This document shows, one piece after another, positions 26,149 through 38,159 of a stretch of DNA of 64,000 nt. The position numbers and the translations under genes are program-made. Where the stretch lies: contig CP075493.1 of the NCBI GenBank assembly GCA_021613535.1, forward strand, positions 3,472,001 to 3,536,000, read 5' to 3'. The stretch is from Adineta vaga (lineage: Eukaryota > Animalia > Rotifera). The notes beneath the pieces were generated by a model that was given only the letters and a program-made list of their open reading frames with translations, ran no database searches and was not told the origin of the DNA. Position 1 is the first letter of the stretch. Each line of letters starts with the position of its first letter.

Positions 26149-27142
26149 ATCCAAAGACTTCGAGGCAAGCAAAGATCATTTTTCGTCTTCGTCTGTTTCA
26201 TTTTCTTTTATGTAAACTTCTAGTCAAACAGTTTTTTTCTCTTCTTCTTCTTCTTTATTGTACAGCGAACAAAATATAACAAAAGTGATTTTCTTTGTAG
26301 CAACTGTTGATTATAATCGATCATTGGAATTCATCTGTACAGGTATCTATGATTGTTAGTCGGAACGATTGATTGAAAATGAGATTGTTTTTATGACTTG
26401 AACAGATCTTTTTCACTTCTGTTAATTCGATAAATATAGCGTATAGACAAAGAGAGAGAGAATGTTGATTATACAGTGGCTCAAGGGAAATTTTAAATTG
26501 TAGCTTTCTTCTTGGTCGTCGTCGTCATCATCATTTTTTTCACTTTAATTCTAATCGATCTATGGCGGCAATGAATGACTCGGCATATGAATGTTTAATG
26601 AGTATGAACAATCTAGTTGAACTATGCACGAACATATTATGTCGTGCAAAAGTTTAAGACAAACATCAAGTAGATTATTGCTTTTAGGATTTATTGTCAC
26701 TTAATATCTTACCTTGAATACAATTTTATTACGTTTCTCATGATTGATTAGAAAATATTAAATAAAATATCTAATATCGCTGATGATTATCTCTAGGTAG
26801 TTCGAATAGAAACAAATGAAAGGACAAGAAGAGTATACATATGCGTTTGTGTTGAGAAAAGGAAGAAAAAATAGTAATATTGAATCAGTATATTCATCCA
26901 AAAAAACAAACAAAATGAGAAGAAAAAATTATTTACATGATTTATATAAACTACGCATAAAGTTTCGTTCATTCGGTTATTTTTGCCTCATATGAAGTCT
27001 TTAATTTAAAAAAAAAATAAAGAAAACAATATTTCATTTCAATCACTGAGAAAATGCAAAAGAAAGGAGAAAGAAATAATAAATAACGAGATAATACTAT
27101 TGTGTACATGGCGAGATTTCGCTATTTTCTGTCATTGTTTTT

Positions 27143-29214
27143 TTACCAAATATGTGGCGCAGATAATTTAAGAATACTTGGCGATGGTGGAGGACGAGTT
27201 TTCGTTGTTAATAAAGGTCTTTTTTGATGTTGTTGTTGTGTACGAGATATAACTGTAGTTCGAAGTGAAGTCGATGGAGCAGGTGTAGTTGTTATCGAAC
27301 GTGTAGGACTTGTTGAAGAGAGATTATTGAAATCTTTATGATTATTAATGGATGAGATTGATAATGGACGAGATATTCGTTGAAGTTTATTGATATTCAC
27401 TGGAATGCGTAATTTAACCGCAGACGAAGGATTTGATCCAACACTTGTGCCACTGACAGCTCGTGTTGCTGATGGAATTGATTCGATCATACCTGAATTT
27501 GCTGTTGTTGAACGATTGATTGTTGCTTGATCAGTATTAATCAAACGTTCGATATTTATGGGTGGTAAACGAGTATTTGGTGCTTCAGTATGAGATGTTG
27601 TTGTTGCTGAACGATATCGATAATTCGATGAACTTTGTCGTAAAGGATTTTGAGATGTTGTATGGATTGTTAATTGATTTGCTGATGAATTCGTTACAGC
27701 TGTACCAATTAAAGATATTTGTTGTTGATTTCGTTTATCAATAGCTAAAGAAGTTGGTATTCGTTCTGTTGCAAGTAATGTCGATGATGTTTTTGGTTTT
27801 CTTGGTGATGCAGGTGGATTTAGATTTGAATTTGTCGTATGTAAACGTGTAACAAGTAATAAACCTTTCATATCAGGATCAGGCGTAGAACGATAGGGTG
27901 TTGATGATATTTGTAATTGAGTATTCGTAACGGAAGGATAAGAAAAACGATTTTGTGACAAAGAATGTGGTGGTAAAGAATTCGGTCGTAGTTTTCGACG
28001 AAGTTTAATAGAACTTCTTTCATAGAATAATTTTCCATATCGTTCTAAAAGTGGTTGTTGATCGGAGAGAAATTTTTGAAGTAATTTAGTAGCAAGAGAA
28101 TTTACAATACTATCTTTCATACATTTAACTAATGATTGTGGATTACGAGAATGTCTATGCCGTTGTTTCATAGGATTATGTATGGAGAAATCAGATGAAT
28201 GATCATCATCATCTTCATCATCATCATCGTCATCATCAGTATCGAATGTATTAGCACCAGTTCCACCATTCTGATCATCTAACATTGTATTAGTTGAATC
28301 ACTATCATCTAAATCAGAATTGTTAGATAATTCAGATCCTTCAATTGAATTTATGGAAGAACGACCAGACGTTTTATCATTTACAAGTACCTAAAATTCA
28401 TATAAGACTATTCGATTTCACATAAATTCTATAGCTTTAAGAGATTATCGCAAATTAGAAGTACGAATCAATAAACTAATGAATAGAACAATCGTTCTCG
28501 ATATCATTTTATGACGTCATATAAGACTTATCCAAGTAAATAATTCAATCTGTTACTATAACATAATGATTTAATACCAAATAAAAACTCCTATTATCTC
28601 AAGGTAAAACTCTACCTAATATTTACATGTTAAATGTTGACATTTTATTCAACGTGATGTCTATCGAGACAATGAAATACCATAATCGGAAGAAATATTT
28701 TATTAATTTAATAACGTAAATATATTCTGTAAATATCTCTTATACATCAATCAATTTCTATGACTGAACGATATTCATTCAAATGAATAAAATGATCTAA
28801 AGTGTCTAAAGATTTTGTGTTCTCGAATAAGACTTTCATCCTATAAGTATGAAATCTACGTACATTCAATTCATTGGAATTTGATGTGGAAATTTTCGAA
28901 TTACTAATGAATAGATCAAATGTAGATGATGATGTTGTCGTTGTATCAAGATTAGTTTCATCTTTATATACTGATGTTAAATGCATTGTTGATTGCTTTT
29001 CAATTTGTTGTACTCGACCACGAATTCGAAAATGTGGTCTACTTGACCATTCTTCACAAATTTTTTTAATCGATGAACGTTTTGCTTTTTCTTCATTGTA
29101 TAAAACAGCATCGATTTCTTCGAATTCTCTCCTTGAGCGTCCATTTGTTTCACGAGCATCATCTTCATTATAACCTGATAAAAGACTTGAGCCACTCACC
29201 GAACGAGAACACAT
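27143..29214 (-). CDS. FAM149: FAM149-like (DUF3719) protein (exons 29214-28864, 28390-27143; about 532 aa)
   Basis: 'FEEIDAVLYNE..KICEEWSSRPHFRIRG' resembles DUF3719; a phase-0 intron joins it to an acidic, S/T-rich exon. Confidence 0.65.
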
Positions 29215-29841
29215 ATTAATGAATGGTTGCTATTATTCTTTTCTTTTTTTTCTCTCTCTCTTGTAAAAAAAATTTTCAACAGAACAAATGACGAAACTAA
29301 GAAACGAAAAAAAAAGCCTGTATGGTAAAAATCGAACGAAGAAAAGAAAGAAAATGATCATACGTAAAACCAGGAAGATTAGTTCACATTGTTTGTTAAA
29401 TGAACAAATGTACGAAGAAACTCTTCTTTCTTTGTCTTTCTATTATTTGTCTAAATAACAAATACATCACAAAGTGAATAAGAGGTTTTAAAAATAACAA
29501 AAACAAATAACTACTTTACATAGAAAGAAAAGTAATCTCTGCTGTCTATATTTATAAATTTGGACACTCAAAATGATTGTTAGAAAGAAGAAAAATGCGT
29601 TTGGTTTTCTTTCTTGATTGGCATATTATACTACGTGACAAATGTTATTTATTCATTTTAAATCAGCCATTACTACAGATCATTCAAGAGAGATTGCTAG
29701 GAATTCAATAAATATAATGCAAAAGAAAAGATTCTAAATAAAATATAGAAGTTTTGAAATAAATCTTTATTAAATTTTGATAATATATATTTCAATTCAA
29801 AAGTTTTTATACGATAGATGTCGCATCCTTCAAATTGATTA

Positions 29842-31119
29842 TTATAAAACAAGTTGCATATGTTGATCAAGTAATGAATTTTCTCGAAAACGAAATAATA
29901 TTTGTCCATGATCAAGACATGATTCAATATAAATAATCGATGGTAAAAGAGCGAGAAAATCTAGACGATTAATTTTAAGAATCTTAATATTTGGTATCAC
30001 ATATTGTAATTCAGTTGCAATACGTTCAATTTTTTCATTGTTTCTTCGTTTCAAAATTATCTCAAGAAGATTTTCATATATTATATATTCTCTCTTTGAT
30101 AAACATTGATTATTAAATTCTTCCAATAATTCAAGTACATCATCATGATAATAATTAAAATCAACATCATCAAGATATGTTTTCCATAACATTGGACTGG
30201 ACGCAAGGTATAGAAATAAAAGTTTATCAGTTGAACACTGTAGATGACGAATTTACTTACTCTTGTTTACCGATGATTTCAACAATAATAGCTATAGCAT
30301 AGAATTCTTGTAAACCGAAATAAGTTGTACCACTGATCACATCATATAACTCGAAATAAGGAATATGATAAAATGCTTGTTTTGATTTCGAAAGATTGAC
30401 TTACTACACGAAAAAATGTCATTTGAGCATGAGGAAAATTAGCTGGTAAACATTTTTGTACTTGTGGATAAAATAAATGTCTGAATAGATTGAACTAGAA
30501 TGAAGGAAAAGTTAACTTTTCAATCGTTTTACCCATCTCGATCAGTATCAAGTGTATTGAATAAATGATTCAGTCGAGTTCGTGCTATTTCACTAAGTAA
30601 AGATCCAACATCCATACCCTAATTAAAAGTTAAATGAATATGAATTCTCCTCTTTAATGAAAATAGAAAACCTGAAGTGGTCGAGAAGATCTTGTTGGTT
30701 CATATTCTTCATTACCATTATAGATTGTCGATCGGCTAAAAGCACTTCCAATTCTTGGTGATTTACATTTTAATGTTGTTTTTTGTGAAAGATTCTCTTT
30801 CATAATATGATCTTTGATGACTGCTAAATGTGCTGTTGATGCAACAGGTTGAAAATGATCACGAGGTGAATATTGTTTGATAATCAACGCTGTTGTTATT
30901 TTCGAATGTCTTGAAAATCGAAAAAAGAAAAGAAATGAAAACCATAGAATTGGAAATAACAAAATCGTACGATAGATCATTTGGTTTTGTCTTTGATAAT
31001 TTTCTATTGATAACATTGGGTAATTTGATGGGAAGAGTATTTTGTTGTTTTGATCTTCTAAATGAAAGATTTCTTTGAGTTTGCCGAGCGATGATATCTC
31101 GTTTTGACAAGTGTAGCAT
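29842..31119 (-). CDS. Uncharacterised multi-exon protein with an EF-hand-like loop
   Basis: About 6 exons with GT-AG borders; 'LNHLFNTLDTDRDG' + 'HLFYPQV' forms an EF-hand-like motif. Confidence 0.6.
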
Positions 31120-31546
31120 TTCAATTTATAAATGGTTGATTTTCTTGACTGAATAAACGAAACGCAAACAAAATCAATAAGAGAGAGAGAGAGCACGAGA
31201 GAACGAGAGAAAAGAAAACGGTTGAGACATTTCATTTTCAAACAAAAATAAATAAATCAATTTACTGTATGATCAATGAAAGATTTTTTTGCTAAAATCA
31301 GGTAACATGGTGAAAAAGAAAAGTAAACTTGTGTTAGTAACATTTATTTTTTCAGCTGAAAAAGTTTTCGATTGATATAACATAGCAAACAGCTGATGAT
31401 TACAAGATACCTTATAAGTAATCAAACATACATACAATTCTGTATAAACAGTTGAATATATTTCAATTGTCTGCTTTTATTTCTTAATTGATCATTTTCA
31501 CAAAAACAACAACAATAATAACAACAACAAAAGCATATTCGTTCTA

Positions 31547-32194
31547 CAGTAGAACTTCCACATATATGGGCACTCTTCGGACTTTTTCAAATCGCCCATT
31601 TAATGGAGGTGCCCTTGTTATAGAGGTTTTTGTAAAAGGCATGCATAAATCTTCTCTCCAGTTTGCGAGACAGGAACTAGTCGTACATATTTATAATTAA
31701 TGTTATTTCTCCTTCAGCTTATCAGTATTTTATTCTAGTCATCAGAGATGTTGTGCCTAACTAAGTTTCTTTTTTATTTTGATCTTATCAAGCGTAAGAA
31801 AGTTATGTGTGGTCATTGGTAGTTGATTTCATGTCATAATGTGCATTCACCTACCTATTTATATACTCTTATTATGGAGTACATAATAAGAGATGTATAG
31901 ATGTGTACTAATTTTTCTCTCACGTCAGACGAGTTATTCGTTTATTTTATTGACGGAACAAAAGAAAGCGATAGAATAAGGAACAAAAACATGATTCATA
32001 TATTAAGGGTGTGCCCATGTAAGAGAGGTTCAACTAGACAAAATGGACTAAAACTAGTGCCCACTGCTCAGAAGTGGGAGGTGCCCTTGTTATAGAGGTT
32101 CATTTCCAGCAAAAACGTGTCGGTCGTTCTGCTAAGTGACCACATAGGCGAGGTGCCCTTGTTACAGAGGTGCCCACATAGAGAAGTTCTACTG
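31547..32194. mobile_element. Non-autonomous Tc1/mariner/pogo-type DNA transposon (MITE), 648 bp, TA target-site duplication
   Basis: TA-CAGTAGAACTTC...GAAGTTCTACTG-TA inverted termini, imperfectly extending to TGGGCAC; subterminal repeat GAGGTGCCCTTGTTAYAGAGGT at about 31605, 32077 and 32150; no transposase. Confidence 0.9.
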
Positions 32195-32205
32195 TATTCT
32201 TCTTT

Positions 32206-34026
32206 CTATAATTTCTGCATATCTTCTGCAATACTGTCATTTTTCACTTGTTCATCATTACTAATTATTAATTTTCCAGTTGTATTCAATGATTTTTCTA
32301 TTTCTTTACGTTTCTGATATTTACGTATTTGATTTCGTATAATTAAAACAATCCAAAATGGTTTCGTTGATAAAAGTGCTACAATCATGGGCACAATCAT
32401 TGCTTGTGTTGCATATGGTTCAGGAAATGAATACATCATAATCAGAAATGCAATACTTGTACTTTGTATTCCAGCTTCAATTCCAATTGTTTTTATATGT
32501 GTCCAACTTAACTGACTCATCCATGCTATGATTCCACCAAAGATAAAACCTAAAAATGGTAATAATGGTGCTGTTAATATTGTATGTAAATCAATCATGC
32601 GAAATAAATGCCAATAGGTAATAGCACTAAATGTAAGAAAAAATATCAAAACACATATCATTAATGGTTTGACATGTTTTTGAGCAAATGGACGAGTTTT
32701 AGGAAAGAAATGACTGATACCTATACCAATACTATAGGGAACAACAACCATTGCTAATGTCCGTAGTAGTACAAGAAACGGAACAGTGATAGAAAGTTCA
32801 TTTGTATATAATCGACCCAAAGTATAAAAATAAAGTGGCATCATAATAAACGATGTTGCAATTGAAACAAATGACATAACAGCAGATAAATTTACATCAC
32901 CATCGAATATAACCGTCCATTGATTAGATGCACCACTACCTAGAATGAATGTTTGTCGTTCTCTATTTGTCTAGGATATGAATAAAAAAAGAATTTACCT
33001 GGACAACATCCGATAACAAATAGAGCCAAACTATTTAATGGTGTATAATGAAAAAGTTTGGCAATAGCCATAGCAAGAAATGGCATTAAACCATATTGTG
33101 CAACAAAACCAACAATAACAGGTGTTGGCTTTTTCAAAATATTGATAATAACATTTGTATCAAGTAGAATTCCCATGATTATAGATATTCCTGTAACTAT
33201 GAATGGAATAAGAATAGGAAAGATTTTATCAATATGACGTTGAGGTTTTGAAACAAGCAGATTTAATATTCGAGTTTGTGAAATCGTTCGATCATCATTA
33301 TAGAATATATCTATATGAAATGTTAAATTTGTCACACCAATTTTATCACCTTTCATTAACCATCGAGAAATAATTGGTGAATTTTTTGTTGCATTTTGTT
33401 TCACATTAATTAATGTGGGTGAAGGATATGCATTGAATACGTGACTAAGACCATATTTATGAGGCACTAAAGAAAAACAAATACTCAAATTAAATTTTAA
33501 AAACATCTATTTAGAAGAAAGTATATTTTATCATTGTTCTTATCATAGTAACGTCATCGTAAAACAAGATTCTATTTCTGTGTTAATATTGTCCTTTAAA
33601 GCACGTACCTATTGTGCCTTTCAAACATTTCTTTTTAATTACTCGTTTAACTAGAAAAACGTTTTCTAATTGATAACAATACTTACAAATATATAAATCT
33701 TCAATTAAGACATTATTTCCAGATCTTGTCGATGTTACAACATCTTTTTCTATTGTCGCAATATCTGGATTAGTTGATGTTACTTGTAATTTAAAACCAA
33801 TTACATCACTTTTACTACGATTTGAAAGGCGAAGATCATTGGAATTTACTTGTATTGTTATATAACTTTGTTGAAATAATGGTACTTCGTAAGATTTCTT
33901 ATGAACAGGTAAAAGTTCACTAATATTTTCATTTTTACTCTTCTCAATGAATAATTCTAAATTGTGAACACATTTAATAACTGCTAGAAAGAATAGCACA
34001 CCTTTTAGCACTTGTTGTGACAACAT
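32206..34026 (-). CDS. SLC10 sodium/bile-acid symporter family (exons 34026-33687, 33466-32999, 32939-32206; 513 aa)
   Basis: 'GFVAQYGLMP', 'GCCPGSGASNQWTVIFDGDVNLSAVMSF', 'KTIGIEAGIQS'; signal peptide plus extended ectodomain. Confidence 0.92.
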
Positions 34027-34222
34027 TCTAACGACTGAATCGTATATATTCTCCTTTCTATCATTTTTATTTGTTCTGTTTTTTTTCCCGTGGGACTATT
34101 TTTCTTACAGAACGGGAAAAAAAAGAGCTAGAGACGAGATGAAGACAGTCCAAGGAAAGAGAATAGATGACGGTTCAAGATTATAATTATGCTCCGATGA
34201 ATTGAAATCAAGCAGTGATGTT

Positions 34223-35949
34223 TTATTCTTGATGCTTCCAAATAAATATTTGCCCATTCTCATTGCATGCAACCAATGTTTGACCATTATGAGTAAAGGC
34301 AATATTACGAATCAAAAGTTTCGATTCACGATGAGTTAAAATCGTTGGTCTAAGGATAAAATTTGTTCATTTCAGAGAGAGAATATTGAAATTTGGATTC
34401 TACGTACTGAACAGGAAGCGTTGTCATATTCCAAATAAAAATCGAACCATCGAGTCGACCAATTGCCATTAACTTTATATAATCAAGAATTCAATTGATT
34501 AATTTCGATCTTAGGATGTATATATAATAATCATACCTTTCGTGTAATGGATAAACCAAGTCGAACATCAAAAATAATATCACCACTTTCTGATCGTTTC
34601 CATCGAAATAAAATATTCGGTTCTTTTTTGTTTTCATGAAATTTCCAAATACAATAAATATGATCAGCAGACTGAATATAAACAAATCAACCAATTACAT
34701 TTTCTACAAAAACAAGGAATACAAACCTTGCTAACGATAATATCCTCACTAAGCCATTTAACTGAATCAACATAATGCTCATGTAATGTATCGGATTGAA
34801 AAGCTGGAAAATGAACACGATGTGGTTTTGACAATCTAAATTACCACAGAGCAACTCATTTATTTTAGATGATACTGAAATGTCTAGAGATCTGATCAAG
34901 AGAAATTCTTGATATGTTTTTCGTATTAACTCAACGAACACATATTTGTGCAACTCGAACTTTCATCATACCTGAATTCTCTAAACAAAGGTCCTCTTCT
35001 AGCAATAGCCCGATTTTCAAGTATTTCTGCATCCTGTGTTGACCATACACATATCGCATTATCTAAACCACCAGATACAATCAATGTACCTTCATAATTA
35101 AAATCCTACATGAGAAGCAGTAGATTATAACAGATATACAGTTAACATCACTTCCATACCACTGCAAGAACATTTTGTTTATGTTGATCAGGTCCAACAT
35201 AATTAGCCAAACAAAGTGCTGCTTCTGCATCCCATAACAACACCGTATAATCTATAATAGAACAATTTATTTCAACGTTTTATAAACTAACCACAACGAA
35301 CTAGAACATGCCGAAGCCATCAATGTTGGTTGTCCACTTGCAAATGTTATTTGATTTACACTACCCAAATGTCGAAGCTAAAGAAGAAATTTTCAACTAA
35401 TTTTCTTCTTCTTTCAAATAACAAACCGGTTTTAGATAAGATTGATGAGCAACATCAATAATTCTCACCACACCTCGTAAACCTCCTGTGGCTAATATTG
35501 GTCGATTTCCAAATATTGTCCATTTACAATCATAAAAATATTCTTTCTCCTATATAAAACAATTTCAATCTTTATACAAACTTCTTTGATTAATCTTACA
35601 TCCGAATCAACATAACTTTGGATTAATTCAACTGTAGATTTCTTACCTACAGTTTTGTGTTTATAAATACAAACCTATTGGAATGTATATATACATATAC
35701 AATCAATATCTCGAAAACAAAACTTACTTGATTTATCGCACATGTAGCAAATAGAAATGTATCATTACTTTCATCCGGTAACGAATGTTGACATATACTA
35801 ATACCATAGATTGCTTGCCTATGATTCTCCTTTGATAAAAAATAAAATTACCTATTACAAATCATTCTTCTCTCTTCTAAAGGTATTACCGTAATTATAC
35901 GAGTACAACGGAAATTGTCTAATTCATATTCAACTTCATCACTGCTCAT
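34223..35949 (-). CDS. EED: Divergent Polycomb EED/ESC-like WD40 protein (about 11 exons)
   Basis: 'ENHRQAIYG', 'LIQSYVDSD|EKEYFYDCKW', 'ILATGGLRGVVRIID', 'DFNYEGTLIVSGGLDNAICVW', 'HYVDSVKWLSEDIIVSKS', 'LTHRESKLLIRNIAFTHNGQTLVAC' are collinear with EED. Confidence 0.8.
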
Positions 35950-36536
35950 TGTTCTAATATTGAATATTATGTGATTCATCGATCAATCATTTATACCTGT
36001 CCGACGACCATTGTATATATCTATTCATTGAAGAAAAAACAGACAATGATTGTCCGTCGACACGTTCGAAACAGACGGATAATTGAAAAAGAAAAGACAG
36101 AAAAAAAGCAATATTTTGATATTCATCCAATTAAATGAGGAAATACTACTAAAATTTTTGTCAATTTCAATTAGCACATTATTCAAAAATTCAACTGTCA
36201 TGTTCAATTCGCTAAAAATATATCTTATGAATTATATGTTTGTTCATTGTCTTTCAATGAAGAGTCTCTTTTTCAGAGTATTAAAAATATCTTTTGAATT
36301 TGATACTCGAATAAATTTCCTATGAGAAAATATGAATTTTAATCAACAAAATGAGATTTTTTATTGATACTAATGGATGAACATCATGTCTTCAAGATTT
36401 GATATCTTAATCCATCTTTACAGACTAAAATAAGAAAAAGGTAATCAGATTTAAAGATTTGATATCTTTAACATAAGTAATACCTGTTACTTTATTTTTA
36501 AAATATTTGAAAAAAAAAAACTTTTTTTTCTTCTCT

Positions 36537-37016
36537 CTAATGAATTTCAGGTAAAGGAATATGAATGTTATGGTCAGCAGCAGTGAATATATAATCGGTA
36601 ATTTTGTTTAACATTAAGTCTTCCATTTGTTGATTCATTTCGATATTGAAAGCAAGCGTCTTCTTTCCCAATGTACTTGAATAAAATTCAATTAATTGAA
36701 GAATTTCTTCCGATGTATAATATTTTTCATATATATGACCCATATCGGAAACATAGGCATTAAAAGAGAATAAACCATCATATAATTGCCGAAGATGTGT
36801 ACCATGATTCGGTGGGAAAACTCTCAAATAAGTTAAAAATCTCGTGTATTCATTTTCGATACCAATGGTTTGTAAAAGATATTTGATATAATCATGCTTA
36901 TTCTGTGATGATACTGATGATGATGATGAGGAGGAGGAACGTAAAACTTTTGCTTGTATGAGTGTTAGAGTAAATAATACAGCAAGAATGAGTATGACAA
37001 AACGAATGAAATTCAT
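36537..37016 (-). CDS. Secreted DUF2059-domain protein (bacterial-type), intronless CDS
   Basis: Signal peptide; 'IYEKYYTSEEILQLIEFYSSTLGKK' matches the DUF2059 core. Confidence 0.8.
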   Translation of the reverse strand: MNFIRFVILILAVLFTLTLIQAKVLRSSSSSSSSVSSQNKHDYIKYLLQTIGIENEYTRFLTYLRVFPPNHGTHLRQLYDGLFSFNAYVSDMGHIYEKYYTSEEILQLIEFYSSTLGKKTLAFNIEMNQQMEDLMLNKITDYIFTAADHNIHIPLPEIH

Positions 37017-38159
37017 GATGATACGAAAATCTAAATAATAAAAAACAAAATCTTATATTAGTAAAGACGAGAAAAAACAAGTACGCTCTCTTTTAATCCT
37101 TAAGACATGTCGACACTAAATAACAACTATTGTGAATGACATGTATGAACTAAAAGAAGTGCTAGATAGAAAAAAAAGAAATCTTTTTCTCTATATGTCT
37201 TTCTTTCTTGTTTTAATAAAAGATAAACTAGAATAGTTTAGTTCATATTATATATTTCTATTCTATGTAAGTTTCTTTTAACAAGATAATACGTTTGAAA
37301 AAATTGTTGTAAATTTAGAGCTTGTAATAATACACTCAATTTTATGAATAAAACATCTTTCGAGAAGAGATCTTCTATTTCTTTGTTTCTAATATAGATT
37401 TCTTTAATGATATTCTATTGAAAGAAGATTGACAGACTAATTCTTGATTAATTTGTAGAAGAAAAAGAATCTTTTTTTTTCATCTACGTAAATGAATATC
37501 TGTTTGAGTAATTGAAACTTGTCTTGAAAATGATATATGTATCCAACAAAGATAAGTATCACAATGTTCTTATTTTGTTTCTATTTGAACAAAAATAATA
37601 GAATTGCGAATATAATCAGTCAAATCTTATCTTCTCTAGATTTTTGTTTATAGTAAAGATATTTTTGTCATCAAGCGTCTATTACCCTGGAAATATTTCT
37701 CTAAGAACCATGATATCAAAGGTGTCGATGATAATTATCATTTTGAATAGAAGTATTTCGATCGTAATAAGGTTTTATAATGCTATTGGAAGATGAATAA
37801 ATTCTATTGAGAGGTCATATAGTTTCATTTATTAAATATCATTGCTATATATATATCTAAGTATATAAATAAATTGATGAGATGTAGACTTTGCGTTTTT
37901 CGATTCAGTAATTCTTTTATTTGATTATATTAATCTGAAAATTTTAGTGGATTCTAAATGTGTAATAACTATCTTTAGAATGATGGATGAAATCAAGAAT
38001 GAGTGAAGTATTTCAACAATTACATAATGATTGAATCATTTGTTTTATCTATCTTTAGTTCTCTTTTTATCGTATTGCTGGTTTATTTAAAAAAAAAGAA
38101 TTCAATTATAAAATATAAAGTTCAATACTATCATATTCCTCATCAAAATCAAAGCTTTC

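Noticed and set aside
36393-36472. Short direct repeat AAGATTTGATATCTT twice
   Set aside because: Too short, with no TE hallmarks
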